Shown piece by piece: positions 23,820-36,174 of a stretch of DNA of 64,000 nt. This DNA is from Selaginella moellendorffii (lineage: Eukaryota; Plantae; Lycopodiophyta): contig NW_003314263.1 in assembly GCF_000143415.4 (NCBI RefSeq), forward strand, positions 1,118,165 through 1,182,164, read 5' to 3'. The notes under the pieces are model-generated. The model did not search any database. It saw only the letters and a program-made list of their open reading frames with translations, and was not told where the DNA came from. Within the stretch, counting starts at the first letter, position 1. The number at the start of each line of letters is the position of its first letter. The position numbers and the translations under genes are program-made.

Positions 23820-26500
23820 TTAAGATTTGTTCTTGTTACCGTGGTAACAAGCATAGCGCATGTGAACAGTGGCCAACCGTCGCTTAACGCGAAGCATCGC
23901 GACCTTAATCTTCATCATATCCAGCGGGGTGATGGCTTGTCCCCCTTGCAAGTGACAATCCGACATGTGACACCGCTGCCGCTTGGACAGGAGACCCATT
24001 ACCAGCCGGTAAGGACTCACGACCACCGCAAACTCGGCCATGGATCCCCGGCCTCTCTTCTTGCTCGCCGTCGTCGTCCCACTGTTAGTTCCACAAGCCT
24101 TCTGGATCCTGTCATCAATGTAGATCTCTATGAGCTCGTAGACCTGTTCATCCTTTGCTTCCAGCAGCTTGCCAATCCTTGCCACGAACTCTTTGCTCGC
24201 TTGATCCACGACTCTTCCGTCCCGGAAGATCGCGTTCCTCATCGCCTGGAGAGCTTGCTCGTAACTCGCCATTCCCAGCTCACTCAGTGTGCCAGGAGAC
24301 CGGATCCATGCGTCCATCTCCCTCCACCTTTCCATGGCCACGTCTTCCAGAAAATGGACGCTGGCCGCAGGTTTCCAGGGCAAGCGAATCGGACAACGCT
24401 TCTTGAGCAGCACCTTGCCTGTGAAAAGAAAAACCACAAAAGATTCACAAGAAACAATCAAGCTTTCATGCGATGGATATGGATACTCACAGTCCCGGAT
24501 CCAAGTCTCGCGATCGTGAGCCACATTCAGAAAATCTCCGAGCACCGCCTGCGAGAAAATAAAGAAAACCTTAGCACTCACTCGAGCTGGAATGGATGGA
24601 ACCGGCTTACGTTAACCATCAACTTCACCACCGTATCCACTGGGTGCTCGTCAACTTGGATGATCCGCTTACCATTGATGCTCCCCAGCTCTTCCGCATC
24701 CAGGCTCTGTGACGTGGTGGATTTGTCCCACGCCACAGCGGAGCACAGCAGCACGAACGAGACGCTCAACTCTGTGCCATAAACCACAGCAGCCGCGTCA
24801 TGGAGCTTCCGCTTCTCCTCCTCGACGTTACTTTCCAGCGTCTGCTTGACGTGCTCCACGAAATCCTTGCTCGTGGAGCAACACAAGGACTGGAGCCGCG
24901 CGTGGTCCATGGCACCTCTCGTGGTCCTCATCCAGGTGTGGACGAGGCGGCCGAGGAGTTCGCTCGCGTCGACGGGGTAGAAAGCTCGCTTCCACCGGCG
25001 GAAGCGATTGTAGGACTGCGAGTGGTCTCGAAACCAGTGGGCGAACTGACCATGATTACCGTATACGTGATCATCACCAATCGTATCATGCGCAGCTATG
25101 AGCTCCTGCAAGGACAGCAACAACAAAAAAGAGTTTGGACACCACCTCTGATGAACTGAAATATCACAGTACCTCGAGCATCTGGAGCGCACCAGGCAAT
25201 ACATTTGTCGACTTCCATTCGATCCTGACCAGGCTGCTGCTCAAGCTGTCGTGGATTTGTCTCAGCCTCGCTAAGCTAGCCCGATCGGGCCGATGCCCAT
25301 GGTCGAAGTTGGCCAAGAGAAACAAGAAAAGCTTCTCCACTTGTTCTTGGCCACCGGTGGTGGTGGTGCCGGCTAGAGCTTGGCTCTCTAGTCCCGTGAG
25401 CCAAGCGATGGATTTCTTGTTGCGCCCGAGCTGAAGCAGCACCCAGCAGTAGACAAGCTCCAGCAAGATCTTGGTTACGTCCAAAAGATCCAGTAAGTCG
25501 TCTTCGGGTTTTTTGCCATGACAAAAACGAGCCATCACGCTCGCAGATCCTGGATAAAAGGTTATGAGTTCCTAGTCTCCAAAGGAAAGAAGAATCCGAC
25601 ACTCCAAAGCTTACGTGTTAGACGCGCCAGTGTTTCCTCTTGATCCTCCCACACTGTCGTCGCAGCATTTGCGGCCATCAGCTGGAAACAAAAACCAAAC
25701 AAGAAGATGAAGCTCGCAACAAGAAAATGAAACTCTCAAACATCGAAACAGAGAATCTCTCAAGCATGAAGATGAAACTCTCCCAAAGAAGATGAAGTTA
25801 GCACACTCACCTCGTCCAACTTGGACAAGATGTAGTTGCAGCCCTGGAACTCGGAGCAAAGTGGCAAATCCTGGCACCCATCGCTGGAAGGATCCTGCTG
25901 CTGGCGCTGGAAGAAATAAGCATTGGCGATGAAGAGACGCAAGACGGCATCGGGCACCGGAGCGTGCAATATGTGGAAGATGACCGCGCTCCAGATGCTA
26001 CACTTGAGCTCCGAGACCGTGCCGCCATGGATCCACCCCGCGTCGTCCAAGAACCACGACTCTGTGGGATGATCCACCATCCCATCCTCCTCAACCTGCA
26101 AGCCATGGCGATCGAAGAGGCGGCGGACAAGAGACATGACGCGCCTTCCCAGATTGCTGCGGAAGAAATGGGTGAGGCGGGCACCCACCGCCGGACTCCA
26201 CCCAGCCGCTCCTGACCTCATCCCTAAGGATTGCGCGAGTTCCCGCGCGTTTAAATCTTTGTACGTAGGTCTTCCGTACATGCCCCTCTACCCTGCCGTA
26301 CACACTCGTACAATGCCAACGTATTTGGTACGGATGGGTTACGGCAAGGGACTTGCGAGGACCCTTTGTGGAAACAAAGCTAATTCATTCGAGCTTTCGT
26401 CTGGCGATCTGGAGTGCGCTTCCACCTAGTGTTGCGAACGTAAACGTCCAGGGAACGAAGAGAGCGAGAGCCAGAGCGTGGCTTACCAAAAGGGACTGCT
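23820..26500 (-). pseudogene. Family X copy B (near full length, frameshift near 26285)
   Basis: High identity to copy A with the same exon order. A net 5-nt insertion relative to A at ~26282-26292 breaks the frame. Confidence 0.7.
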
Positions 26501-26701
26501 CGAAAAGTCCTCGTTACGAGCGTGACTACCTAGCGGAAATCTTAACATGGAGCTGACTCATGCCGCAGTTCTCAACTCCTGCAAGAACAACACAAAAAAA
26601 CAATTACACCAGTTCTGATGGGATGACTGCATTTTGGGTGATACCTGTAGCAGTCTGGTTTGTTTGCTGCAATGTGGTTCCTGAGTTTGATCGCTGAAAG
26701 C

Positions 26702-27348
26702 CCGAGAGTTCGTGTTGCAATAGTCATGAGCTTCCAATATGTTCGTGTGATCTGGACAAAACAATATCACTCTCATTCTTTCTTCTAGCTAAATGAGACA
26801 TACCTTCCAGTGGCCAGTAACGAAATCCCGTGAGAATAGCAGCAATACATAGCAGACAGGAGCTGGACCTGGAGTGATACTGTGATACAAGAGCAAAAGG
26901 AAAGAACAGTGTTTCAAAGGGCTTACCTCGTTGAAGAACTCGTTAGCTCCTTGCTTGGAGTCGTAGGACTCAACTTTCACTGCGATTTCAGAGTGGAAGA
27001 ACATTGGCAGTGGATTCATGAAGAGAATAAACTTTTCTTACCATGATCACTGAGAGTCCGAGAGTTCGTCATGAGCGTCCAATATGTTCGTGTGATCTAG
27101 ACAACACAATATCACTCTCATTCTTTCTTCTAGCTAAATGAAACATACCCTTCCAGTGGCCAGTAACGAAATCCAATAGCAGCAATACAAAGCAGGCAGG
27201 AGTTGGACCTGGAGTGACACCACTGTGATACAAGAGCAAAAGAAAGAACAGTGTTTCAAAGGGCTTACCTCGTTGAAGAAACTCGTTAGCTCCTTGCCTG
27301 GAGTCGTAGGATTCGACTTTCACTGCGATTTCAGAGTGGAAGAACATT
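26702..27348. repeat. Direct tandem duplication of a ~300 bp unit with two small exon-like segments
   Basis: 26702-27005 approximates 27058-27348. Both encode MFFHSEIAVKVESYDS[KR]QGANEF on the minus strand, followed by a gtaagc donor. Confidence 0.85.
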
Positions 27349-27665
27349 CATGACGAGAATAAATTTTTTTTACCGTGAAGGTTTCTTCTGAGCGTTCCTA
27401 GCATCCGAGACTTCTTGAATGCTTCACAGCAGTAAAAGAATGTTGTGGACCGCGACCTTAAATCCGTGGCACAGCCTGCCCAAGGAAGATGTGCGCGATG
27501 AATCAAGCAAGAATGGATCGAGATCTTACGAGTAGACGAGGCATTGCTCATGCCATCGCCATCGCCACCGCCATGGGAGAGAAACCCTAGCTTGACGGGC
27601 TACTTAACGGTCCCCTCGCGTGGCACTATATATTTTGACTCTTTTGTCTTTGCCCTTGAGAAAAA

Positions 27666-28274
27666 ATGTCGAGAGTAGAATATTTGCAAAGAATGGTGGA
27701 ACTGAATCTGATCAGCGTGGACGAATACCAGCGACTCCACTCCGAAGTCTTGGAGGAAGTCCGCCGAGAAGTCGAGATCGCTAACGCCGGGGACGGAGCT
27801 GGAGATCATGGTCACGAGCTGGAGCTGGGAGCGCCGGGACGAGAGCTGGCTGCGATGGAGGCGCGGATGCGCGATCAGATGGCAGCGATGGACGCGCGGG
27901 CACGAGACATGGAGGCGCGGATGCACGATCAGCTGGCAGCGATGGCCGCGCAGGCACGGGAGATGGAGGCGCGGATGCACGACCAGCTGGTGGCGATGGA
28001 CGCGCGGGCGCGGGAGATGGAGGCGCGGATGCACGACCAGCTGGTGGCGATGGACGCGCGGGCGCAAGAGATGGAGGCGCGGACAGCTGCCGGCGGTGGA
28101 GGCGTGGGAGCGGATCAGCTGCCGGAGATCGCAGCGATGAGCGACAAGGATGTTGACGAACTAGTGCGCGAGCTGCTCGAAAATCGATCAGAGAGCGACA
28201 TGGAGGCGATGCGCGAGTGGGCGGCGATGGTGGAGGACGATGATGGCGGACCGGAAGAAGAAGGGATGGATTAG
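27666..28274 (+). CDS. Intronless acidic alpha-helical protein with 18-aa tandem repeats
   Basis: 202-aa ORF with aaaATG context, upstream ctatata and a telo-box. A paralog lies at 34597. Confidence 0.55.
   Translation: MSRVEYLQRMVELNLISVDEYQRLHSEVLEEVRREVEIANAGDGAGDHGHELELGAPGRELAAMEARMRDQMAAMDARARDMEARMHDQLAAMAAQAREMEARMHDQLVAMDARAREMEARMHDQLVAMDARAQEMEARTAAGGGGVGADQLPEIAAMSDKDVDELVRELLENRSESDMEAMREWAAMVEDDDGGPEEEGMD
27855..28082 (+). repeat. 54-bp tandem repeat, 4 full units plus a partial one (MEARMHDQLVAMDARARE)
   Basis: Units start at 27855, 27909, 27963, 28017 and 28071. Confidence 0.95.
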
Positions 28275-28499
28275 CAAAGCAGGTTGCGATGAGGATGGAT
28301 TTGTTTGAATTCATATTTCCTTTCCCCGCTCCCTAGGGTTTTCAATGCTCGCGAAGTCTTGTTCTTCCTGCCGATCTCCCAGTTCGTGGCGCCAGGCAAT
28401 CGCGGCATTGGATAAATCTTGCGGCGCCATGCGCTGGAGGTGATATTTCGCAATGCAGGTCGATCGAGTCTCGGCGACTCCAGCGATCAGAGCGCTGGA

Positions 28500-29680
28500 G
28501 CAATCCAGGCTTCCTCCTCTTTCAATCGCCATGGCTTGCAGGCTTAGGGTCGTGATTCTTGGTCCTGGAGCTATTGCGCGCCGTCCTCCATCGCTGGAAC
28601 GCTTGTTTCTTCCGGCGGCAAAATCCTTCGAGCTTTGACAAGGTGAGTCTTCTTCTTTTTTAATTTTAGACGGCCGCGAATGCTGTGACTGAGGAGGAGA
28701 AGCTTCCCAGGGGACAACTTCGCCATGGATCGTTCTCAAGGTATTTCCCACTCCCTTCGTACACCAAGCCGCTGAAATTTTCTGTTGCTGCAGGAGGCAC
28801 TTAGTAGGAAACTGACAGCGGGTATCTGGAAACTGTTGGTCGAGAAACTAGTGCTGCTCCGAGTTCCATTCATCTTGTCCAAGCCCGAGGAGGTGAGTTT
28901 GGGAATCATGGTCAGGCGATCGTCCAAGTTGACGAGCACTCACTGGATCGATGGCAAAGTTGATGGTTACAGCTTCCATCCAGTCCAGGTCTTGCGTTTC
29001 AGAGCAAGTGTTAAAGCTCCCTTTGTTTTGTCGCAGGTTGGTGCTCGGGGATTACCCGGATGTGGCTCACGATCGCGACGCTTGGATCCGCGATTGTGAG
29101 TATCTATATCCACCTCGGTCACTGTTCCATGAAGAGCTACGCTTGCAACTCAACTAAAGTGTGGCTGCAGGGGAAGAGACGAGCCGGGGCCTCAACAGCT
29201 TACAATATACTCGTCGGCAAGCGCGATTCAAGCAGCGATCACCTACAGAAAAAGGGAGCCAAGGGAAAGGGACTTGATCTTCCGGGCCAGGGAAAAAAGT
29301 TGGTAAATTCGCAGCATTTTGCTTTTGCATAAGTTTTTGGCTTATCCAGGGCGAAATACAGTGGTGGATTCATCACTCGAGCCCTCGAGTCGATCCTTTC
29401 GCATTTTTACCACTTCTACCAGGCGAGGCGATTGGACGCACCAGTTCCCGAGGTACTCTTAAATTTCCTTCGCTGTTAGAAACCTCGATGTCTAGTTTGT
29501 CACTCACATTCAGTATAGCCATCCATTCCGAGGCCATGTATGCGTGGATAGAACCAGTTCACCAGTATTCAGCGGCTGCCAGATGTTGGAGCACGCACCT
29601 TCCTGATCGAGGTACTGTGATATCTCAGTTCATCAGAGGTGGTGGAACTTTTTCTTTTGTTGTTCTTGCAGGAGCTCAGA
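28500..29680 (+). pseudogene. Highly deleted family X fragments
   Basis: Fragments catggcttgcaggct, catcttgtccaagcccgaggaggtgagt, gtggctcacgatcgcgacgcttggatccgcgattgtgagtatc and gaggtactgtgatatctcagttcatcagagg match family X exons and introns. Confidence 0.7.
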
Positions 29681-29694
29681 ACCGCGATAACGTA

Positions 29695-31083
29695 TACGAA
29701 AGAGCCATTCGTTTCTTTCCGAGGAATTTTAAACGACGTCAAGGGGCGTATAAAATGTTGGCGGCTGGAATGCTGGCAACAGGTTTGCTCCATTGTAGTC
29801 TTAAGTTGATTGACGTGACCGTTTCGCAATTTTGTGCTTTCTAGAATCTTTGCCCCGACGACGTAAATCTTTCCAGTAATATCATTTAGAGAGCAGAGGT
29901 CCAAGTTAGTTTTTAGATTTCATGACATACCTCTTTCCTCACACTTTCAGATGGGATCTTAACTGCCGTGCAAACTCTTGCATCTTGTTCATTGGACGCC
30001 GGCCTCTGCTCATCCTTGGAGTTGCAGAGCCAACAGTCAATATGTATACGTTTATGACTTCGCAAAGAGCAGGGACCCAAGCTGGACGGGATGGTAAGAG
30101 TATATCAAAGTGTGTTCGTGTCAGCAGGGTCTGCGTTTGGGTTCCAGTTTTACTGTTTCTCTTCAGCAGGTTTACGAGAATTCCTGGAGATCATTCTGGC
30201 ATGGTTAGCTGACACTCAATACCCGTGTTGCTACGGAGAAGGAATTTAACGTGCGCAAGCGATCTGCTACTGCTAGGTGAAATGGTTATTATCTGTGACC
30301 ATGTCCGTCATTCTTGCGAGGCTAACTCAAAGCGAATGCTTGCAGATGAACCGCAATAAGCTTACGGTAACTGCGTACAAAGAGATGGAATCACCACTTC
30401 GGTTTCAGCTCGGGTATGAGGCCATTGCAAACTGAAAACGTTCTCAATGACACAAACTCTTAATTCCAGAAGGAAGAAACTTCTCAGCAGACTCGGTATT
30501 GTCAGGAGTATGAGTTGATACCAGCGTTTTGAAGGACGTAGATGACTTGCTCCCCGTGGAAGTGGAGGAGCAAAGAGACCCTTACAGTCTTTGCTTGCTG
30601 GATTGCGTCGGTGCCATGCCACTCATCACGAAAGTTCTAACTTCACTTTGCAGTCATGGCGATAGAGAGCCTGCCAGGAAAACATTTATGGGAGAGGATT
30701 TTGCTGCTCTTCACCGCACCCAGCCGCAGATTCAAGTACGTAAAAGTCTTCTCTCGCTTTTTTCCTTCCTTTTCCTTGCGTAGCGGTTTCATTCTATCCT
30801 CGCATTCACAAACTTTTCTTGTCGCAGGGTCCTGGACATCCCATTCAAGACGATAATTATCTTCACACTGTTCGAGTTCGTCTATCTTCTGGCCTGCTTT
30901 GGGATTACGTGGATCCCAATTGCCGGAGTCCTGTTCCCCTTGCTCATCATGCTCCTGGTGCAGATTCGCCAATACTTTCGACCAAAGTTCTTCAAGGCAC
31001 ACCACTGGCCACCGCCGAGTACGAAGAGACCCCCGGAATGCCAAACAACAGAGTGTAAGCTTCGTCCTGTGATATCTTCGTGA
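29695..31083 (+). pseudogene. Abridged, inverted copy of the BOR gene
   Basis: It begins gaaagagccattcgtttctttccgaggaattttaaacgacgtcaaggggcgtataaaatgtt (BOR exon 1) and continues through to the [14 protein letters not shown]…EYEE exon. Introns are retained and there are many deletions. Confidence 0.9.
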
Positions 31084-31760
31084 CCACTTGCGTGGCCACC
31101 AGCGGTGGCGATGCCGGCTAGAGCTTGGCTCTCTAGTCGCGTGAGCCAAACGAGGGACTTCTTCTTGCGCCCGAGCTGAAGTAGCAGCCAGCAGTAGACA
31201 AGCCCCAGCGAGATCTTGGTCACGTCGAAAAGATCCAGTAAGTCGCCTTGCGGTGTTTTGCCATGGGTAAAATGAGCCATTACGCTCGCAGATCCTGGAT
31301 AAAAGGTTATGAGTTCCTACTCTCCAAAGAAAAGAAGAATCCGACTCTCCAAAGCTTACGTGTTAGACGCGCCAGTGTTTCCTCTTGATCCTCCCACTCA
31401 GTCGTCGCAGCATTTGCGGCCATCAGCTGGAACAAGAAAATGAAACTCTCAATCAGTGAAACAAGGAAACTGTCAAAGAAGATGAAGTTATCACACTCAC
31501 CTCGTCCAGCTTGGACAAGATGTAGCTGCAGCCCTGGAACTCGGAGCAAAGTGACAAATCCTGGCGCCCATCGCTGGAAGGATCCTGCTGCTGGCGCTGG
31601 AAGAAATAAGCGTTGGCGATGAAAAGACGCAAGGCGGCATTGGACACTAGAGCGTACAATATTTGGAAGATGACTGGTCCAGATGCTACACTTGAGCTCC
31701 AAGACCGTGCCGCCATGGATCCAGCCCATGTCGTCCAAGAACCTTGTGGGATATCCCACA
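31084..31760 (-). pseudogene. Family X copy C (internal fragment, fused to the BOR pseudogene)
   Basis: Encodes FLDDMGWIHGGTV…, LMAANAATTEWEDQEETLARLT and HGKTPQGDLLDLFDVTK…. Confidence 0.9.
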
Positions 31761-34596
31761 AGCACTTCATAAATTAAACCCTCAAAGACTTCAAGAAAAG
31801 GTAATAATATTTCCTCTATAAAAGATATAAAATTATTATAAATTAATTAGTATAAAATTAATTATTAAATATTAAAATATTATTTTTTATAAATTATTTG
31901 ATAACATAAATTTTTTATTTAATAGCAATTATTGCCATTAATATTAATGCATTATTATATGCTAAGGATGATTGTATTATCAGTTAGTGATGACAAAAGC
32001 TTGAGAGCGAAAGATAGTAGTGTAGGAGGCAAAGGATCACACTCTATTGTGTTTAAGCTATAATAAATTTTCAGAATTTAAAAAATAAAAATAAAAATAA
32101 TTATTTTTCTAACCTAATTACTTAAAAAACATTATGAAAACTTTACAAAATAACATTCAATTTGATTGCCAAACATTTTAAGTCTAAATGATTCTTAATT
32201 AAGTATTATAGTATATAGTGATAGTTTCATGTTATAACCTCTATAGTTTATTGTCACTCCAAGTTTCTAATTCAAAATACTTTAACATTCCTATATACAA
32301 GAAACTTTTAAAAGTATTAAATTAAAATTTTCTCACAATCATCTATAGCTTTCAAGTAGAATTTTTTGAATAGAAGATTTGAAACATCATATTGTGTTTC
32401 GTAACATGCAACAAAATGCTCAAACTTGATTCTGTCCAAATCACCGATGCTGATGCTTGCCCTTTCAACAAAAGAGTGTCTCATCCTTAAAATGATGTTA
32501 ATGATATCTATAATAACTTGCAACACAGCCTCCTCATTCACTCATTACTTATTGGTACTTGAGCCTTCCCAAGAATGCTCTTATTTCCTATATTCTAATA
32601 GAAAGTGTTCACTACCTTTGGGATACCTATGAAGTGTTCTATACTAACCATAACGATTGATACACAAGTAAGCATCAGGTTTTGATTATAAAAGCCTCTA
32701 GCACGTATTGCCATCCAAAGAGAAAGTACAGTATACCTAGAAGGGAGTGAGTTCCACCATACAAATTAACCAAAATGAAATGGTGGTGCAACTGATGCTA
32801 GAATTACCACCAATGTCTTTTGATGACTGTAATGAACAACTTCAAATCAAAAAATACATTCTTTCTTACTTTTTTGTCATGAGATACATTTCAGTGTAAC
32901 AAAATTTGGTCTAAAAAATTACCACTAGAAATGTCACCACCATTTACTGGTGGTGCTTGTATATTTCTCAAGAATATTTAACTGGGTGTTGAAGCAGCGA
33001 TGACATCAACAGAAAAATGGACCTGAAATATAGTAACACAGAAATACCACCATTATTACAAGCAGTTTGTGTGCCCAGTGTTTCCAAAACTATAAACTTG
33101 GCAGTGCCTCTGTGTCATACAATCTTACTACTCCACTCCACTCTCATTCAATAAGAATCTATTCAAAAGAAAGAGTGGAAGACACACTCAATTCCAAGTA
33201 TGATACTTTATAGTTTGCTTGATGAGACAAATGGTTCATTACAACCATCCAAGCCATTTCCTCGTTGTTTGTACTCAATTTTTTTTCTTATGCTTGCCTG
33301 CAGAAAGAAAGAAGTTCCATCCTTTTCCTTCCAACAAAATTAAAGTTCATAGCTCTGACTGTCTATATATTGGCCTCCTCAAAGAACGATTGACTGATGG
33401 TAAAAACTGTAGCCTGTGCGATAATACAAACTAAAAGACATGGAAGTTTGAACCCAGCTCATGTGGTAGAGGCACAGTAGTGAGTGCTGCGAGTTGAACA
33501 TAGGGATCTGTGAGGCCTAGCTTCTCTTCTCAGGAAGAACACTGTGACTTGATCCTGGAGCCCGCATGGGAGGCAAAATTTGGAGGTATGGAGCTCATGC
33601 ATTTTGCAAGATTCTGCAGGTGTGCCTTCTGGTCGTGACCTAGGGTCCTGGACTTTGCTGCTCAAACGTTGGCCTGCTCGGAAGCTCGGCTTGGTCGGTG
33701 GTAATGCAGGTTCACAGTTTGAGAGGCGAGACGTCCATGTAATCCTCGAGCGCCAGCTTCAAAAGAAGAATTTAAGGACTTTAGTACTCGAGGCAAGAAC
33801 GAGATGGAAGGACTCACTTCACAGAGCGTTCGGGAACGGTAAGATCACCAAGCTGATCATAAAAGCCCAGCTGGGGAGCTGCTGGCTACACAAGCGTGGC
33901 AGCCAATGCGTTATCGGCGAGCGACAGAGAACCATCGTTGTCTGCAGCTCTACAACTTGGACGAGCGCCTTGAGCCCCGTGGTCACGCCACAGCATCATG
34001 GAGCTTGTGCTTCACATCCCCGTTGTGAGCGTGAACATCCAGCGGAATGACTAAGGCTGCTTGGTCCTCATCCATGTACCATCACTGGACTCTTGCCGCG
34101 GTTATGAGCTCCTGCAAGAACATCACGAAAACAATTACAACCCCTCTGATGGAATCACTGCTAAGGGGCTGGCGTACCTGCAGTTTTTGCTCAATGAACG
34201 AGTTTGAGGAGTTTACTAGCGTGTCCTGGGAGCATTACACACAAGAAGTAGCTCAAAACGCGAATATAAAACACCACAGAACTAGAGAGGGAAGAACCTT
34301 ATATATGTTCGTCGTGTGCTAGCAATGCAAAGCATTCACGCTGCCTGCTTGCAACAAAAAGAGCAAAAGGTGATCCTGCGGTTTCCTTCACAGCCTGCCC
34401 AAGGAAGAGATTTGCACCATGGAACAAACAAATCGAAATATCTTACGAGTGGAGCTTGGAAGCGCCTCGCTTATCTCGAATCCGGCAGCTATCGCCCTGG
34501 GCGCCAAACCCTAGCTTGACGGGCTTGACGGGCTCAACGGTCACGCGTCACCCGTCAGGCATTGACTATATAGTCAACTCTTCCAGCTAGTAATCT

Positions 34597-35280
34597 TTGC
34601 CCTTGACAAAAATGTACACGGCGAGGAGGAGGATGATGCCTCTCGACTTGCTCACGGTGGAAGAACAGGGGCAATTCCAATCCTACATCCACGCGAGACT
34701 TGTCCTGGAGATCCAGATCGCTGTCGCCAGGGCCGGAGCTGGAGTTCTCGGACACGTACACGCACAGGAGCTGGAACGAGAGCTGGCGGCGATGGAGGTG
34801 ATAGAAGAACAAGCGCGAGAGACGGTGCGGACGCGCGCGATGGAGGCGCGGGCGCGACTGGCAGCGGCGGCGATGGAGGTAGCGGCAGCCATCGAGGTGT
34901 GGGATCGAGACATGGAGGCGCGGAGGCGGCGGCGCGACGAGCTGGCGGCCGAGACGATCGAGCTTGCGGCATTGGAAGCGTGGGAGCGAGACGCGGGACA
35001 AAGGCGCGAGCAGGCGGCCATGGAAGCGGCGGCGCGGGCGGCACTGAGCGAGATGGCGGCGGCGATGGAGCGCGAGCTGGGGCCGATGACGTGCGAGCTG
35101 GAGCCGATGGCGATGGAGCGCGAGCTGGAGCAAGCGCTAGCGCTCGAGGTGGCGAACTTAAGCGGGCTGTCCAAAGCGATGGAAGCGCCTGTCGCAGGAG
35201 GAGGACGGATGGAGCAGGAGTGTAATTTGGATGGTTCCATGGAGCTTGGCAGTGTGGATGACTTTATCTCCAATGTCTAG
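34597..35280 (+). CDS. Intronless Ala/Glu/Arg-rich helical protein, paralog of 27666-28274
   Basis: Open ORF (ATG probably at ~34612) with AMEA/AMERELE repeats. The upstream ~200 bp is homologous to 27470-27670. Confidence 0.5.
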   Translation: MPLTKMYTARRRMMPLDLLTVEEQGQFQSYIHARLVLEIQIAVARAGAGVLGHVHAQELERELAAMEVIEEQARETVRTRAMEARARLAAAAMEVAAAIEVWDRDMEARRRRRDELAAETIELAALEAWERDAGQRREQAAMEAAARAALSEMAAAMERELGPMTCELEPMAMERELEQALALEVANLSGLSKAMEAPVAGGGRMEQECNLDGSMELGSVDDFISNV

Positions 35281-35539
35281 CCTAGTCCAAGATTCTTTCA
35301 ATTCGTATTTGCTTTTCCGCTCATCCTTGCCGCTAGGGTTTGCGCCTTGGCGTCCTTGCCGATCGCAACGATTTCTTCTTCTTCCTGCCAATGCAGGTCT
35401 CGATCGATCGGAGTGTCGCCGGCGCCAGCGATCAGAGATCGCGGAGCGCTGGAGGAGCTCGCGGAGCGCAGGAGGAGATCGGGAGGAGATCGCTGAGCGC
35501 TGAGCGCTGGAGGTGTGATATTTCGCCACTGCGGAGCAA

Positions 35540-36160
35540 TCTGGGAAGGATCGCAATGGCTTGTTGGTTAGGGTCGTGGTTCTTGGAATTCCCGGCGGCA
35601 CGGTCGTCCGGAACGCTTTCTTCCAGCGCCAGCAGCAGCAGCCTGGTCAGGATCGAATGGAAGTCGACGAATGTATTGCCCGAGGTAGGTACTGTGATCA
35701 CAGGCGGTGGAACGTATTTGTCTTGCAGGAGCTCATAACGCTGTCTCACCGCTCACTCGCGGCTCACTCGCGGTCCCTGTGTTTGAAGCACGTCACGGAG
35801 ACGCTGGAAACTCACGCTGTCTGCCGAGTTTAGCGTCTCATTCGTGCTGCTGTGCCGTGCTATGGCGTGGGAGAAAGCCACCACGTCACGGAGCTTGGAG
35901 CCGGAAGAGCTGGGCAAGTGATGGATACAATGGTGAAGTTGATGTAAGCTTTCAATCCATCCATTCCAGCTCGAGCGAGTGCTAAAGTTTCCTATGTTTT
36001 TTCGCAGGTGGATTACGATCGCGAGGGTACTGTGAGTATCTATAGCCATCCCATGAAAGCTTGATTGTTTCTTGGCCAAAAAGTTTTTCACAGGCAAGGT
36101 GGTATAGTGTTGTCCGATTCGCTTGCCCTGGAAACCTGTACTGGAAGATTTAACCATACA
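35540..36160 (+). pseudogene. Highly deleted family X fragments
   Basis: FFQRQQQ / SSSLVRIEWKSTNVLP / SVSFVLLCRA / CPIRLPWKP segments occur in parental order, with deletions between them. Confidence 0.85.
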
Positions 36161-36174
36161 GAGGGGGAGGCATG

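Noticed and set aside
31770-33300. AT-rich tract with possible decayed transposase (also 21700-22700 and 51010-52370)
   Set aside because: I could not read diagnostic motifs or termini, so these are left unannotated.
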